From assembly GCA_963662465.1 (NCBI GenBank), contig OY759599.1, forward strand, positions 96,001 through 160,000: 64,000 nucleotides of DNA, written 5' to 3'. Both the position numbers and the translations under genes were made by a program. Shown here in pieces: positions 48,017-57,180 of the stretch. The DNA is from Desulfatiglandales bacterium. Its GTDB lineage: Bacteria > Desulfobacterota > DSM-4660 > Desulfatiglandales > Desulfatiglandaceae. The notes beneath the pieces are model-generated. The model worked only from the letters and a program-made list of their open reading frames with translations, was not told the origin of the DNA and searched no databases. Numbering within the stretch: position 1 is the stretch's first letter; every line of letters starts with the position of its first letter.

Positions 48017-49273
48017 ATGAAGGAAATGTCCGATGGAAATTTTTTGAAGCCGGATAGTACTGAATCACTAATCGAATCTCTCCATGCCACTCAGAGGAAG
48101 AGAACCTTGGTCATCAACCCTGATTATCTTGATGACGAAAAACTGCCGGAAGATGAAAGGGCAGCCGTTCTAAAAGAAATCTTTAATCGTAACATCCGTG
48201 AAAAACAACTGAGTAGAATCATTTCCCATCTCGCACCGGTCCTGGATGGTATTCACCCGAATTCTGCCTTGATCTTCGGACCAACCGGCGCCGGAAAAAC
48301 AGTTACTTTGATGCACGTACTTTCCACCTTTGAATGGGTCGCTGAAACCAAGGGAGTCATGTTCCGCTATTCGTATATTGATTTGACCTCCCCAAAAACC
48401 TACTTTGGCGCCTTAAATGAGGTCGCTATTTCTCTTGATAGCGCATGCAAAAAATACCGTAAAGGTATTCCAATTGAGTACATGCAGGCGCAAATAGTGG
48501 AGTCGCTCGGAAATTATGACGGTTACCTCAGTCTACTCATCGATGAGGCTGACAACATCCGGCCTAACTCCGACGGCTTTCTCACATTTCTTGCAAAAAC
48601 ACTTCCCCGGAAAGTCTCTTGCAGATTGATTCTTGTTCTCCTGACCAATCGGCTTGACTGGGAGAAAACCCTTGACCCCAGGATTCTGAGTTTTTTCAAA
48701 AAAACCGATATGATCTTTGAACCCTATGACGCCCTTGATCTCCTTGAAATCCTGAAACTCAGGGTTGAGAAAGCCCTTGATATGACCAAGGTCGATATGG
48801 CTGCGCTCAAAAAGGTGGCTGCTTATGCCTCACGGGAAACCGGAGACGCAAGAAAGGCCGTTGAACTTCTGGCCAAAGCTGTCAAGGTAGCCGAAGAAAG
48901 CACGGGACGGCTCTCGGAAAAAGAAGTCGATATTGCGGCAGACCGACTTGAGATAGACAAGACAGAAGAACTTGTCAAGGCACTTGCGACCCAGCAGCGT
49001 GTAGCCCTGAAGTCCTGTTATGGCGCCTTATCAAATGGCAGCAAAAAGACATATACAGGCCAGGTTTACCGGGTCTATGGGGACGTATGCGGTCGGGAAG
49101 GCCTGCGGCCTCTAACCCAGAGACGTTTCTCTGAGATAATGAGCTTTCTCGATCTTTACGGTCTGATCAATGCCAGAGTCATCTCAAAAGGTCGATACGG
49201 AAACACGCGGGAGATATCAAGTTCTTTGCCGGATGAGGTTGTGGAGCGTTTTCTTTTTTCCAGTATCTATTGA
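48017..49273 (+). CDS. cdc6: Orc1/Cdc6-family replication initiator
   Basis: GPTGAGKT, IDEAD, LDPRILS, FEPYDA..L..IL..R, GDARKAVELL, winged helix LTQRRFSEIMSFLDLYGLINARVISKGRYGNTREI. Confidence 0.9.
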   Translation: MKEMSDGNFLKPDSTESLIESLHATQRKRTLVINPDYLDDEKLPEDERAAVLKEIFNRNIREKQLSRIISHLAPVLDGIHPNSALIFGPTGAGKTVTLMHVLSTFEWVAETKGVMFRYSYIDLTSPKTYFGALNEVAISLDSACKKYRKGIPIEYMQAQIVESLGNYDGYLSLLIDEADNIRPNSDGFLTFLAKTLPRKVSCRLILVLLTNRLDWEKTLDPRILSFFKKTDMIFEPYDALDLLEILKLRVEKALDMTKVDMAALKKVAAYASRETGDARKAVELLAKAVKVAEESTGRLSEKEVDIAADRLEIDKTEELVKALATQQRVALKSCYGALSNGSKKTYTGQVYRVYGDVCGREGLRPLTQRRFSEIMSFLDLYGLINARVISKGRYGNTREISSSLPDEVVERFLFSSIY

Positions 49274-49513
49274 ATTCCGAATTCAGAAAGGAAGGCCAAT
49301 CGTTCCCTTTGGCGGATTTCAATGCAAACAGCCTTCAAAACAGCTTCCTCCCGAATTATAGTATCCTTACAGTCGCCGTTCTCATTTCCCAATCTCCTCA
49401 AATCCATTTCAATTTTTCTTGATAAAATCCGTAGATCTCTTATCCTTTCAATATAGGTGTAAGACAACCTCACCTCCACCACCCGGGGCGGAGCATCAGG
49501 GCGTAGATGACCG

Positions 49514-49663
49514 TTAATCATCTTTGATCCTGACCCTCGAAGTGAATTTTCTTCCACAATCATTGCATTTTCTCAGTCGAACTTTGCCGTCGGCCAATTT
49601 ACGATGCCCTTTCCATATGGTCCGCGTGCTGCGGCAATAGGGGCATTTATACGGTCTTCCCAT
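49514..49663 (-). CDS. 49-aa zinc-ribbon protein (below the ORF-track cutoff)
   Basis: My translation: MGRPYKCPYCRS..WKGHR..RKCNDCGRKFT; RBS GAGGTG. Confidence 0.6.
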   Translation of the reverse strand: MGRPYKCPYCRSTRTIWKGHRKLADGKVRLRKCNDCGRKFTSRVRIKDD

Positions 49664-49806
49664 AAATAATCACCTCGGTCCCTTCAGGATATTCGTTTAT
49701 ATAAAAAGTTTTCGCCTTTGAAGCCTCGCTACATTTCAAGCTGGAGACAGGAACCGAAACATTATTATGTATGAACCTGTCTTCACGTCTCTAAAAGGCC
49801 CGAGAG

Positions 49807-50604
49807 GTGGTATTTGTGCAAAGTGAATTAAGGGGTGCAACGGCCCTGGTGCAAGAAATAAAGGTCAGCAGCCCGCTCGTATCAGCAGTTATTCGAATCC
49901 TAAAGCGTGTCGATGACTTCAAAAAGCTCGCCAAGGAATTCTATTTTGATGTCATTCTATCCGTCCACCAGTGCCCGCGGTGCGGTAGTCGATTAGAAAT
50001 GACCGGAAAAAGCGAATGCTCCTGTGTGTGTGGCAATATCTTTGATCCAACAATTGCCTTTCAGAAATCCGCTTGTTGTGGCAAGCACCTGGTTCGCAAA
50101 TCACAGCATTATATCTGCTCCGGATGTGGAACAAACGTTCCCTCCACATTCCTTTTCGATGAGAAACTGTTTGATAAAGCCTATTTCAGGGAGATGGTAA
50201 AGAAATCCAGATCACGGGCTGCAAAAAGAAGGGAAGAGATGAAAAGGCTTTTGGCAGAGAGCAGATCAGGGGCACTGGTTTTCGCTGATGAGCCCTGCCT
50301 TGAATTCATCCCGGGGCTTATTGAAGATCTGGATGATTTTATTGGAACAGAAAGACTCAGGCCAGGGGATTTCGCTCTGGATACCAACTCAAGTTTCAAA
50401 ATGGACGATTATCGCGAGCACATCCTTCGTATTCTGGGATGCGACAGTCTATTGTTTTCAGATATTGATACCCTTATTAGTGATGCGCGCCGGGACAAAA
50501 TATGGCGATTTGTGACGCTCACGTTCATGCAAAGCGCAAGGGAGGTCATGCTCACCCAGTATGGCAACGATCTCTTAGTGGAGAGGACTTCATATGAAAC
50601 TTAG
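49807..50604 (+). CDS. Multi-zinc-ribbon protein with wHTH-like C-terminus
   Basis: CPRCG, CSCVCG, CCG, CSGCG clusters. Confidence 0.7.
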   Translation: MVFVQSELRGATALVQEIKVSSPLVSAVIRILKRVDDFKKLAKEFYFDVILSVHQCPRCGSRLEMTGKSECSCVCGNIFDPTIAFQKSACCGKHLVRKSQHYICSGCGTNVPSTFLFDEKLFDKAYFREMVKKSRSRAAKRREEMKRLLAESRSGALVFADEPCLEFIPGLIEDLDDFIGTERLRPGDFALDTNSSFKMDDYREHILRILGCDSLLFSDIDTLISDARRDKIWRFVTLTFMQSAREVMLTQYGNDLLVERTSYET

Positions 50605-50950
50605 CAATAAAAATAAGGACTTTTTGGAACGGTTGAAGGTTCTCCTCATTAGTAAGGAGCTTAGCATAGAGTGGAAAGATGACGGCATAAAGCGGCTCGT
50701 GCTGCGGCAAAACTATGGGGACAAAGTTGAACGGGATTTTAATATGACCCGGCAGGGAGTCCGCTGGAGATTTCAGCGCCTGTTTAACGAAATTTATGTC
50801 AACGCCTATCTCACCGTGTACTGGATCGAGTCCAAGTTTGGGACAGAGTTACGAGCGAGGGCCTTGGAAATCGCAAGAGAGAGGGTTGAACTCAGGAAAA
50901 AGGCGGAGGAAAAGGGCTTTTTTGATGTTTCCCGTCGAGAAAAGGGATGA
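50594..50950 (+). CDS. Hypothetical protein
   Basis: Overlaps the upstream stop; RBS GAGG. Confidence 0.65.
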   Translation: MKLSNKNKDFLERLKVLLISKELSIEWKDDGIKRLVLRQNYGDKVERDFNMTRQGVRWRFQRLFNEIYVNAYLTVYWIESKFGTELRARALEIARERVELRKKAEEKGFFDVSRREKG

Positions 50951-51231
50951 TTGGCCGCCGGATCAAGGGGCGGGCGATTGTAAAGGTTTTCGCCCTCCTA
51001 ACAAATCCTTCAAATCGGGCCTGCAAATGAGGGAAAACCATTCAAACCAAAGCCATTTGCCCATAAACTTGGCTTGTTGAGCGCAGATTCCACGGAATCG
51101 CACGGTTTTCGGGAAATGGCCATCTTCCTTCCCTGATCCAGTTTGGGCCTGGAAAAATTTTAACATCATTGAAAACGAGCGACCCCCTTTCAAATGCCCT
51201 ATTTGGACCAAAAAGGCAGGGGTGAAAAAAC

Positions 51232-51645
51232 ATGGCTGGCACAAAAATAGATTTTAACTACAATAAGATTACTCGGATACAGGGTTTGGATGAGCTTGGA
51301 GTAGTGCTGTTTCCGGGAAATAGGAACCATCAAAAGGTTTTCCTGAGCATCTTCATAGAATTGAAATACGCAAACAACGGGCTCTTGGGCAGCCTGACTT
51401 ACCTTTGTGAGAAATATGGATTCACGCCCCGGATGCTGGAGACCGTCCGCAGCAAAATGCGACGGATGGGGATTATTGACCATGTGTCCCGCTTCAATAA
51501 GAATCATGGCTACAGAGAAGGCTGGGTGTTTTCAAGCCGATTCTCAAAAACCTTAAAACGGATGAATGAACTGTTAGTGAGTTTCAGGGAAAGAGCCGAC
51601 GCCCTTCAAGAGAAAAAGGACCGGGACTTGTTCCGCTATCTATAA
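51232..51645 (+). CDS. Hypothetical protein, wHTH-like
   Basis: LCEKYGFTPRMLETVRSKMRRMGIIDHV pattern. Confidence 0.6.
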   Translation: MAGTKIDFNYNKITRIQGLDELGVVLFPGNRNHQKVFLSIFIELKYANNGLLGSLTYLCEKYGFTPRMLETVRSKMRRMGIIDHVSRFNKNHGYREGWVFSSRFSKTLKRMNELLVSFRERADALQEKKDRDLFRYL

Positions 51646-51703
51646 AATAATGATTTTGAAAACCTATAGCTTTAAATAGGTCCCGCATTTTCTGGAGAAC
51701 GAG

Positions 51704-52162
51704 GTGCTCAACGTGGACCGAAACTTAGAAAATCTACTCTATGGAAAAAGGGACCCAAAGCTCAAATCCGAAGGCGAACGTAGAATTGCATACTTTTTGG
51801 AGGAAAATTCAATCAGGTATCAATACGAAGCTGGCGTCCTGGTCAATTCGATCGAAAAAAAACCACGCATCTGGTACCCGGACTTTTATCTTCCCGAGTT
51901 TGGCGCCTACATTGAATATTATGGCCTAAAGGGACAGCGAAGCTATGACAACGGAATCAAGAGAAAAGAAACGACATATTCAAAAATGGGTCTGGATGTA
52001 ATACCTGTTTATCCATGGTCATTTTCTGAGAACTGGCAGGGCTATATTATGAAAGAACTCAAACAAAGTGTGGACCGACGTTACAAAACACTGATGAGCA
52101 AGCCTTACTGGTCACAAAAGAATACTTCCGGATATCATGGGGGATCCACCAGGCGTTACTGA
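51704..52162 (+). CDS. PD-(D/E)XK-like nuclease domain protein
   Basis: KSEGERRIAYFL..YPDFYLPE..YIEYYG. Confidence 0.75.
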   Translation: MLNVDRNLENLLYGKRDPKLKSEGERRIAYFLEENSIRYQYEAGVLVNSIEKKPRIWYPDFYLPEFGAYIEYYGLKGQRSYDNGIKRKETTYSKMGLDVIPVYPWSFSENWQGYIMKELKQSVDRRYKTLMSKPYWSQKNTSGYHGGSTRRY

Positions 52163-52309
52163 TCCATGGTGTTTATTCTCTGTGTTCTCTTTCATTCTAT
52201 GTACTTCTTTAGGTGTGATGATGGGTTTGGGTGTCTTTTTATTATTATATTCGGTTTTCGGTACATGGGATATCTAACTGTTATTGCGGGATTTTGTGGA
52301 AATGAAAGA

Positions 52310-52448
52310 GTATCATAAATGGTCATTTTTTTTGTTCTTAGAAGGTATTTATGATACAATTTAGAGGAATAATGGTACCTTTTGGATGGAATTACGGTAC
52401 ATTTTGGACCTATTTATGATACCTTTTTCGCATTTATGATACAATTTA
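52310..52448. repeat. Iteron-like 11-mer ATTTATGATAC x4 (one inverted)
   Basis: 52310-52320 (reverse), 52347-52357, 52412-52422, 52432-52442. Confidence 0.8.
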
Positions 52449-52533
52449 TCTGAGCTGTGGTCGGTACTTATTACCACCGATTTAATTCGGTACTATCAGA
52501 TATTAAGGACATGAATTTAAATGGAAGGGACGG

Positions 52534-53466
52534 TTATGCTTTGAGAGGCAGCACGGGGGTTCGGCAAGCGGAAGTACCTAAGATCGATTCTGAAGGGGCC
52601 TCTTGTTTTCCGGCGCGGACCCAGATTTCGGCCGATAAGCCATGGGAGAACATCTGTTCAAGACTTGTCAGCCATATAAAATCCGAGGGCGGCATTTCCT
52701 GAACCAGCCTTGACAACACCGCCAGCCGACCGTTTGTATTGGTGAGGAAGAGGAGACGGAACCCCTTCAGATTGCAGTCCCAGTATTTCTCGTACCGTTT
52801 ATACCGGTCGCTTCGAAAATATTCCTGATAGTTTATGACTTTCTGGCGTACGTCCCGGGGGTCGCGTTTTAGACTGGCAACGGACTCTGTCCCCATGTCC
52901 ACCTCAAGAAAGAAAAGGAGCGTGATCTGCCTTTTTCTGTTCGTTATGGAGAAAACTCCGTCCGGGGTAAATCCACTTGCATTTTGATCCTTTTCGCCAG
53001 CGGGTGGCGGTTCAAATATGAGAGGGATGTCACTTTTTTCCCGTTTTAAGAAAGGCGAATCGGGGGAGAGGAACCGGATGGAGAATTCAGGCATCGCGTA
53101 CTCCATTTCGCCCAAATGGATACGGAACCAGTTGGTTAAGAGTTGATGCTCCATGCAGCGGATTTTTTCAGCGTTTATCTTATTAATCGGCACGTCCCGG
53201 AGGACTGGATATTTAGGACCGAGCAGATCGGCGCCTTCTTGGGTGAGAGAGACCATTTTTTCAGGTCTGCCGCGACTCTGACCGAACCCGCGGGTAGCTG
53301 TGATAATGACCCCCGCCTGTTCCAGTTTTTGCAGACGCCTTCGGACTACCTGCCTGCTCTTACGTTGGATGGCAGTGACCTGGCTTGCTGTTAGCACTCG
53401 ATGCTCGGCAATTGCAGTAAGGACCTGGTGGTCGTTTTTGTTAAACTTGAATGTCATTGGATTCAT
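52534..53466 (-). CDS. Replication-relaxation (Replic_Relax) family protein
   Basis: N-terminal wHTH (VRRRLQKL..AG), H.L..N, TPDGVF, FFLEVDMGTES. Confidence 0.85.
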   Translation of the reverse strand: MNPMTFKFNKNDHQVLTAIAEHRVLTASQVTAIQRKSRQVVRRRLQKLEQAGVIITATRGFGQSRGRPEKMVSLTQEGADLLGPKYPVLRDVPINKINAEKIRCMEHQLLTNWFRIHLGEMEYAMPEFSIRFLSPDSPFLKREKSDIPLIFEPPPAGEKDQNASGFTPDGVFSITNRKRQITLLFFLEVDMGTESVASLKRDPRDVRQKVINYQEYFRSDRYKRYEKYWDCNLKGFRLLFLTNTNGRLAVLSRLVQEMPPSDFIWLTSLEQMFSHGLSAEIWVRAGKQEAPSESILGTSACRTPVLPLKA

Positions 53467-54389
53467 TCCTCCTTTTTGGAATTTTCGGGGCTATTTTTAG
53501 TAGCTGGTACGGTTTGGTTTTGACTATTTACCCATGCTCGAACAGCTTGAAGCGCTTTTTTCGGAACAGGTGTAGTCCCGTTTAACCATGCTTCACATGT
53601 CTTTGGCTTTTTTCGACCTGTTATGCCTGAAAGTTGACCTGCACTGAAGTTATGTTGTTTGTGAAGGGCCATGAGTTCCTTGTTTGAGGGGGCAGATTGT
53701 AACGTTTCATTTGGCGTTGCCTTCTGAATCATCCACGCCGCGCTCGTTGCCACAGTGAGACCTATGGAGAGGGGTTCGAGGACCAGAACTAGAATGAGAA
53801 TGAGCATGGCAATGGCGTCTGTTTCGTTGATTTTTAATATCTTAGCGACCGCGAAAATAGGGCCGGAGGATGTCTGATCTTTGACAAATCGGGTTTCAAG
53901 TTCAGCTTGCTGTTTTGCAATTTCCAGCAGCCTGGCCTGTTTCTGTCCATAACCGGATGCTTTTCGTTCTTTTATTCGCCTCGTTACATGAGAAGTCGGA
54001 AGCCCTGCTAATGTGGCGTTTGTGGTCAATATTTGTTCTTGGAGAATTGCCGCCTCTTTTTTGAGCCCTTTAAGGGCGGTTTCGGTGGCTCTCAAGTTTT
54101 GGGTCGCCCTGGCGTGACTCAGTGACAAGAAACCTATGACTTCAATGGAAGTCAATAAGACCAGAACGGATACGATGATAACGTACAGGCTTTTGGTAAG
54201 ACCACCGAGTTTTTGCCAGTTCCGGTACAGGTGGGCCACGGTCAAGATTTTGCCGATTTCCATGCCGAGACCCATACACACAATAACGGAAGCATTGCTG
54301 ACAAATACAGACATCAGTCCGTACACGGACATGTATATGGAGCTTCCTGCAACCAGCAACAGACTGGTTGTCACAAGAATGCGGTACAT
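53463..54389 (-). CDS. Membrane protein with coiled coil and C-terminal HTH
   Basis: TM helices with MEIGK motif, coiled coil, LEPL TM, HTH-like tail; overlaps the replication-relaxation gene start. Confidence 0.7.
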   Translation of the reverse strand: MYRILVTTSLLLVAGSSIYMSVYGLMSVFVSNASVIVCMGLGMEIGKILTVAHLYRNWQKLGGLTKSLYVIIVSVLVLLTSIEVIGFLSLSHARATQNLRATETALKGLKKEAAILQEQILTTNATLAGLPTSHVTRRIKERKASGYGQKQARLLEIAKQQAELETRFVKDQTSSGPIFAVAKILKINETDAIAMLILILVLVLEPLSIGLTVATSAAWMIQKATPNETLQSAPSNKELMALHKQHNFSAGQLSGITGRKKPKTCEAWLNGTTPVPKKALQAVRAWVNSQNQTVPATKNSPENSKKEE

Positions 54390-54462
54390 GATTCACACCT
54401 CCCTTTTTTCCGGGAACAAGCTGGCGGGTACTGATTGAAAAACATGACCTTTTTCTGACCAT

Positions 54463-54680
54463 CCGGTTTTGGTCTGATCCGGCCAGGGTTTTTGGTGGTT
54501 TGATCAAGTTCCTTTTTGTCTGGTCAGGTTTTGGTCAGGTTTTGGTCAGGTTCGGTCCAGTTCCCGTCCGGTTTTGGTCAGGTTTTGGTCAGATTCCATT
54601 CTGGTCAGACTGATTCAGGTTTTTTTCGTTTCAGGTTCTTTTCATGTTTCCCGGTTTGGTCAGGTTTTGGAACAGATTCG
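54463..54680 (+). repeat. Degenerate 10-11 bp periodic array (GGTTTTGGTCA)
   Basis: e.g. ggtcaggttttggtcaggtttggtcagg and ccggttttggtcaggttttggtcag. Confidence 0.8.
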
Positions 54681-54715
54681 GGCCGTCTCGGATTGTGATG
54701 GTTCTTCAATGTTTC

Positions 54716-55426
54716 CTAAAATCTCACAATGCACTTTTGGACCCAAGGATCTGCAATGGCTTTCAGCTTGAGGAGTTCGTCCTTGTCATGACCAGCGCCT
54801 GTTTTGGCGAAAAACAGGGGATTCAGTACTCCATTATTATGGAATCGCTGTAAGGCATAAAGCTCAGCGCCCTTTATGGTTCGCACAACATTTTTCATGC
54901 TTTGTTCATCCACGATCGGTTTTATGCAGGTTGTCCTGAACTCATAGGGTATGCCTGATCCCATGATGTTTTCAATGCTTGCGAGCGTTTGGTCTGGATC
55001 ATATTCTTTCGCGATGGTGGATGGATAGCGGAGAGGATCGGTCTTAACATCCATGGCGATATAGTCAACGAGCCCCTCATCGATCATACGTTTGATGACT
55101 TCCGGCCGGCTGCCGTTTGTGTCCAGTTTGATCAGATAGCCGATCTCCTTTATTTTCGTGCATAACAAAACAAGCTCCTTCCGGAGCGTTGGTTCTCCGC
55201 CGGAAATAACCACACCGTCAATGAAGCCTTTGCGGTTTTCAAGAAACTCGCAGAACGCTTTTTCGTCAAGTCCATTTGAATATCCTGAACCGCCTTTTAC
55301 GAGCTGTGGATTGTGGCAATAAGGACAGGTGAAATTGCAGCCCGAAACAAAGAGCACACAGCTTAATTTCCCGGGATAGTCAATCAGTGAATTCTTTTGT
55401 ATTCCACCGATAATCATTGAATGCAC
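54716..55426 (-). CDS. nrdG: Anaerobic ribonucleotide reductase activating protein (radical SAM)
   Basis: SLIDYPG, GCNFTCPYCHNP, SGGEPT, KLDTNG. Confidence 0.93.
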   Translation of the reverse strand: MHSMIIGGIQKNSLIDYPGKLSCVLFVSGCNFTCPYCHNPQLVKGGSGYSNGLDEKAFCEFLENRKGFIDGVVISGGEPTLRKELVLLCTKIKEIGYLIKLDTNGSRPEVIKRMIDEGLVDYIAMDVKTDPLRYPSTIAKEYDPDQTLASIENIMGSGIPYEFRTTCIKPIVDEQSMKNVVRTIKGAELYALQRFHNNGVLNPLFFAKTGAGHDKDELLKLKAIADPWVQKCIVRF

Positions 55427-55461
55427 TCCTCATCGATCCGGTTTTGTTCCGCAAGAAAACT

Positions 55462-57180
55462 TCAGGCCGCCTCAAACACTTTTCTCATATCGTATTCTGC
55501 TTGTTTTCCGTCGTTCCACTGCTTGACAGGTCTCAAGTAGCCAACGACCCGCGAATAAACTTCCGTTTCTTTCCCGCAATCAGGGCAGCGTTTTTGCTCT
55601 CCGTTCAGGTACCCGTGGGACGGACAGATGCTGAAGGTTGGAGTCAGTGTGAAATAGGGAAGCCTGAAATGATTAACAACCTTCTTGAGCAACGCCCTTA
55701 TTGATCTAACGTCACTGACTTGTTCCCCCAAATAAATATGAAGGACTGTTCCCCCCGTATATGTTGCCTGCAATTGGTCCTGTAACTCCAAGGCTTCGAA
55801 AATATCGTCCGTGTAATTTACGGGTAGCTGGGTAGAGTTTGTATAAAAAGGTGCAGCTCCTTTTCGGTATTCCGCTTCATTTGCACAGATGATTTCAGGG
55901 AACCTTTTCTTGTCAAGCATCGCAAGTCGATACGATGTGCCTTCTGCAGGCGTTGCTTCTAAGTTGAACATTTCGCCTGTCTCATCTTGTATTTGGGAAA
56001 TGATTGTGCGGATATGGTCCATGGTTTTGAGGGCAAATACCTGTCCTTTTTCACTTCCGATGTCCCTCCCAAACAAGTTCAGGCACGCCTCGTTCATGCC
56101 GATGATTCCGATGGTTGAAAAATGGTTTTTCCAGTAAAGCCCAGTGCCCTCTTTGATCTGTCTTAAGTAGAATTTTGAATAGGGATAGAGGTTTTTATCT
56201 GTGAAATTCTCAAGGACTTTCCTTTTTATTGTGAGGCTCTCTTTTGCAAGGTGAACAAGCTTTCCCAAATGCTTCATGAAATCATCCTCGCTATCCGCCT
56301 GATATCCTATGCGGGGGAGGTTAATGGTCACGACTCCGATTGAACCCGTCAGGGGGTTCGCGCCGAAAAGACCGCCGCCTCTTTTCAGGAGTATCCTGTT
56401 GTCAATGCGAAGGCGGCAACACATGGATCTTGTGTCTTCAGGCGACATGTCGGACCTGACAAAGTTTGAAAAATACGGAATCCCGTATTTCCCTGTCATG
56501 GCCAGGATCGCTTCAAGCACTGGGTTGTCCCAATCAAAATCTTTTGTGATATTGTAGGTAGGTATGGGAAAGGTGAAGACACGCCCTTTGGCATCGCCCT
56601 CCATCATGACCTCGGCAAATGCCCTATTGATCATGTCCATTTCTATTTGAAAATCGGAATATGTCTCTTTTTGTTCGATGCCTCCTATGATGACACGTTG
56701 GTTTCTCAGAGTTCGAGGGGGGGACAGGTCTAAAGTAATGTTGGTAAATGGGGTTTGGAAGCCGACTCTGGTCGGGACGTTTATGTTGAAAATAAATTCT
56801 TGCAGCGCCTGTTTCACTTGTCGGTAATCAAGGCCGTCATACCGAATAAAAGGGGCAAGAAGGGTGTCAAAATTTGACATAGCCTGAGCGCCGGCAGCTT
56901 CACCTTGTAATGTATAGAAAAAATTAATAATTTGTCCTAAAGCAGGCCTGAAATGTTTAGGTGGTGCACTCTCGACTTTCCCCAGGACACCCTTGAAGCC
57001 TTGCATGAGCAAGTCTCTCAGTTCCCAACCAACACAATAAACAGAAAGGAGGCTGAGGTCGTGTATGTGGAAATTTCCTCTTCTGTGTGCGCGCCGAATT
57101 TCCGGGGGGTATATGTGGCTTAACCAGTATTCAGAGGTGATATCCGATGAAATATAGTTATTGAGCCCCTGAAGGGAATA
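55462..57180 (-). pseudogene. nrdD: Class III ribonucleotide reductase, 5'-truncated at an IS end
   Basis: HIHDL, RSMCCRL, EATPAE, CPSHG..CPDC, YSRVVGYLRPV; sequence upstream of YSLQGLNN is the IS terminal repeat. Confidence 0.9.
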
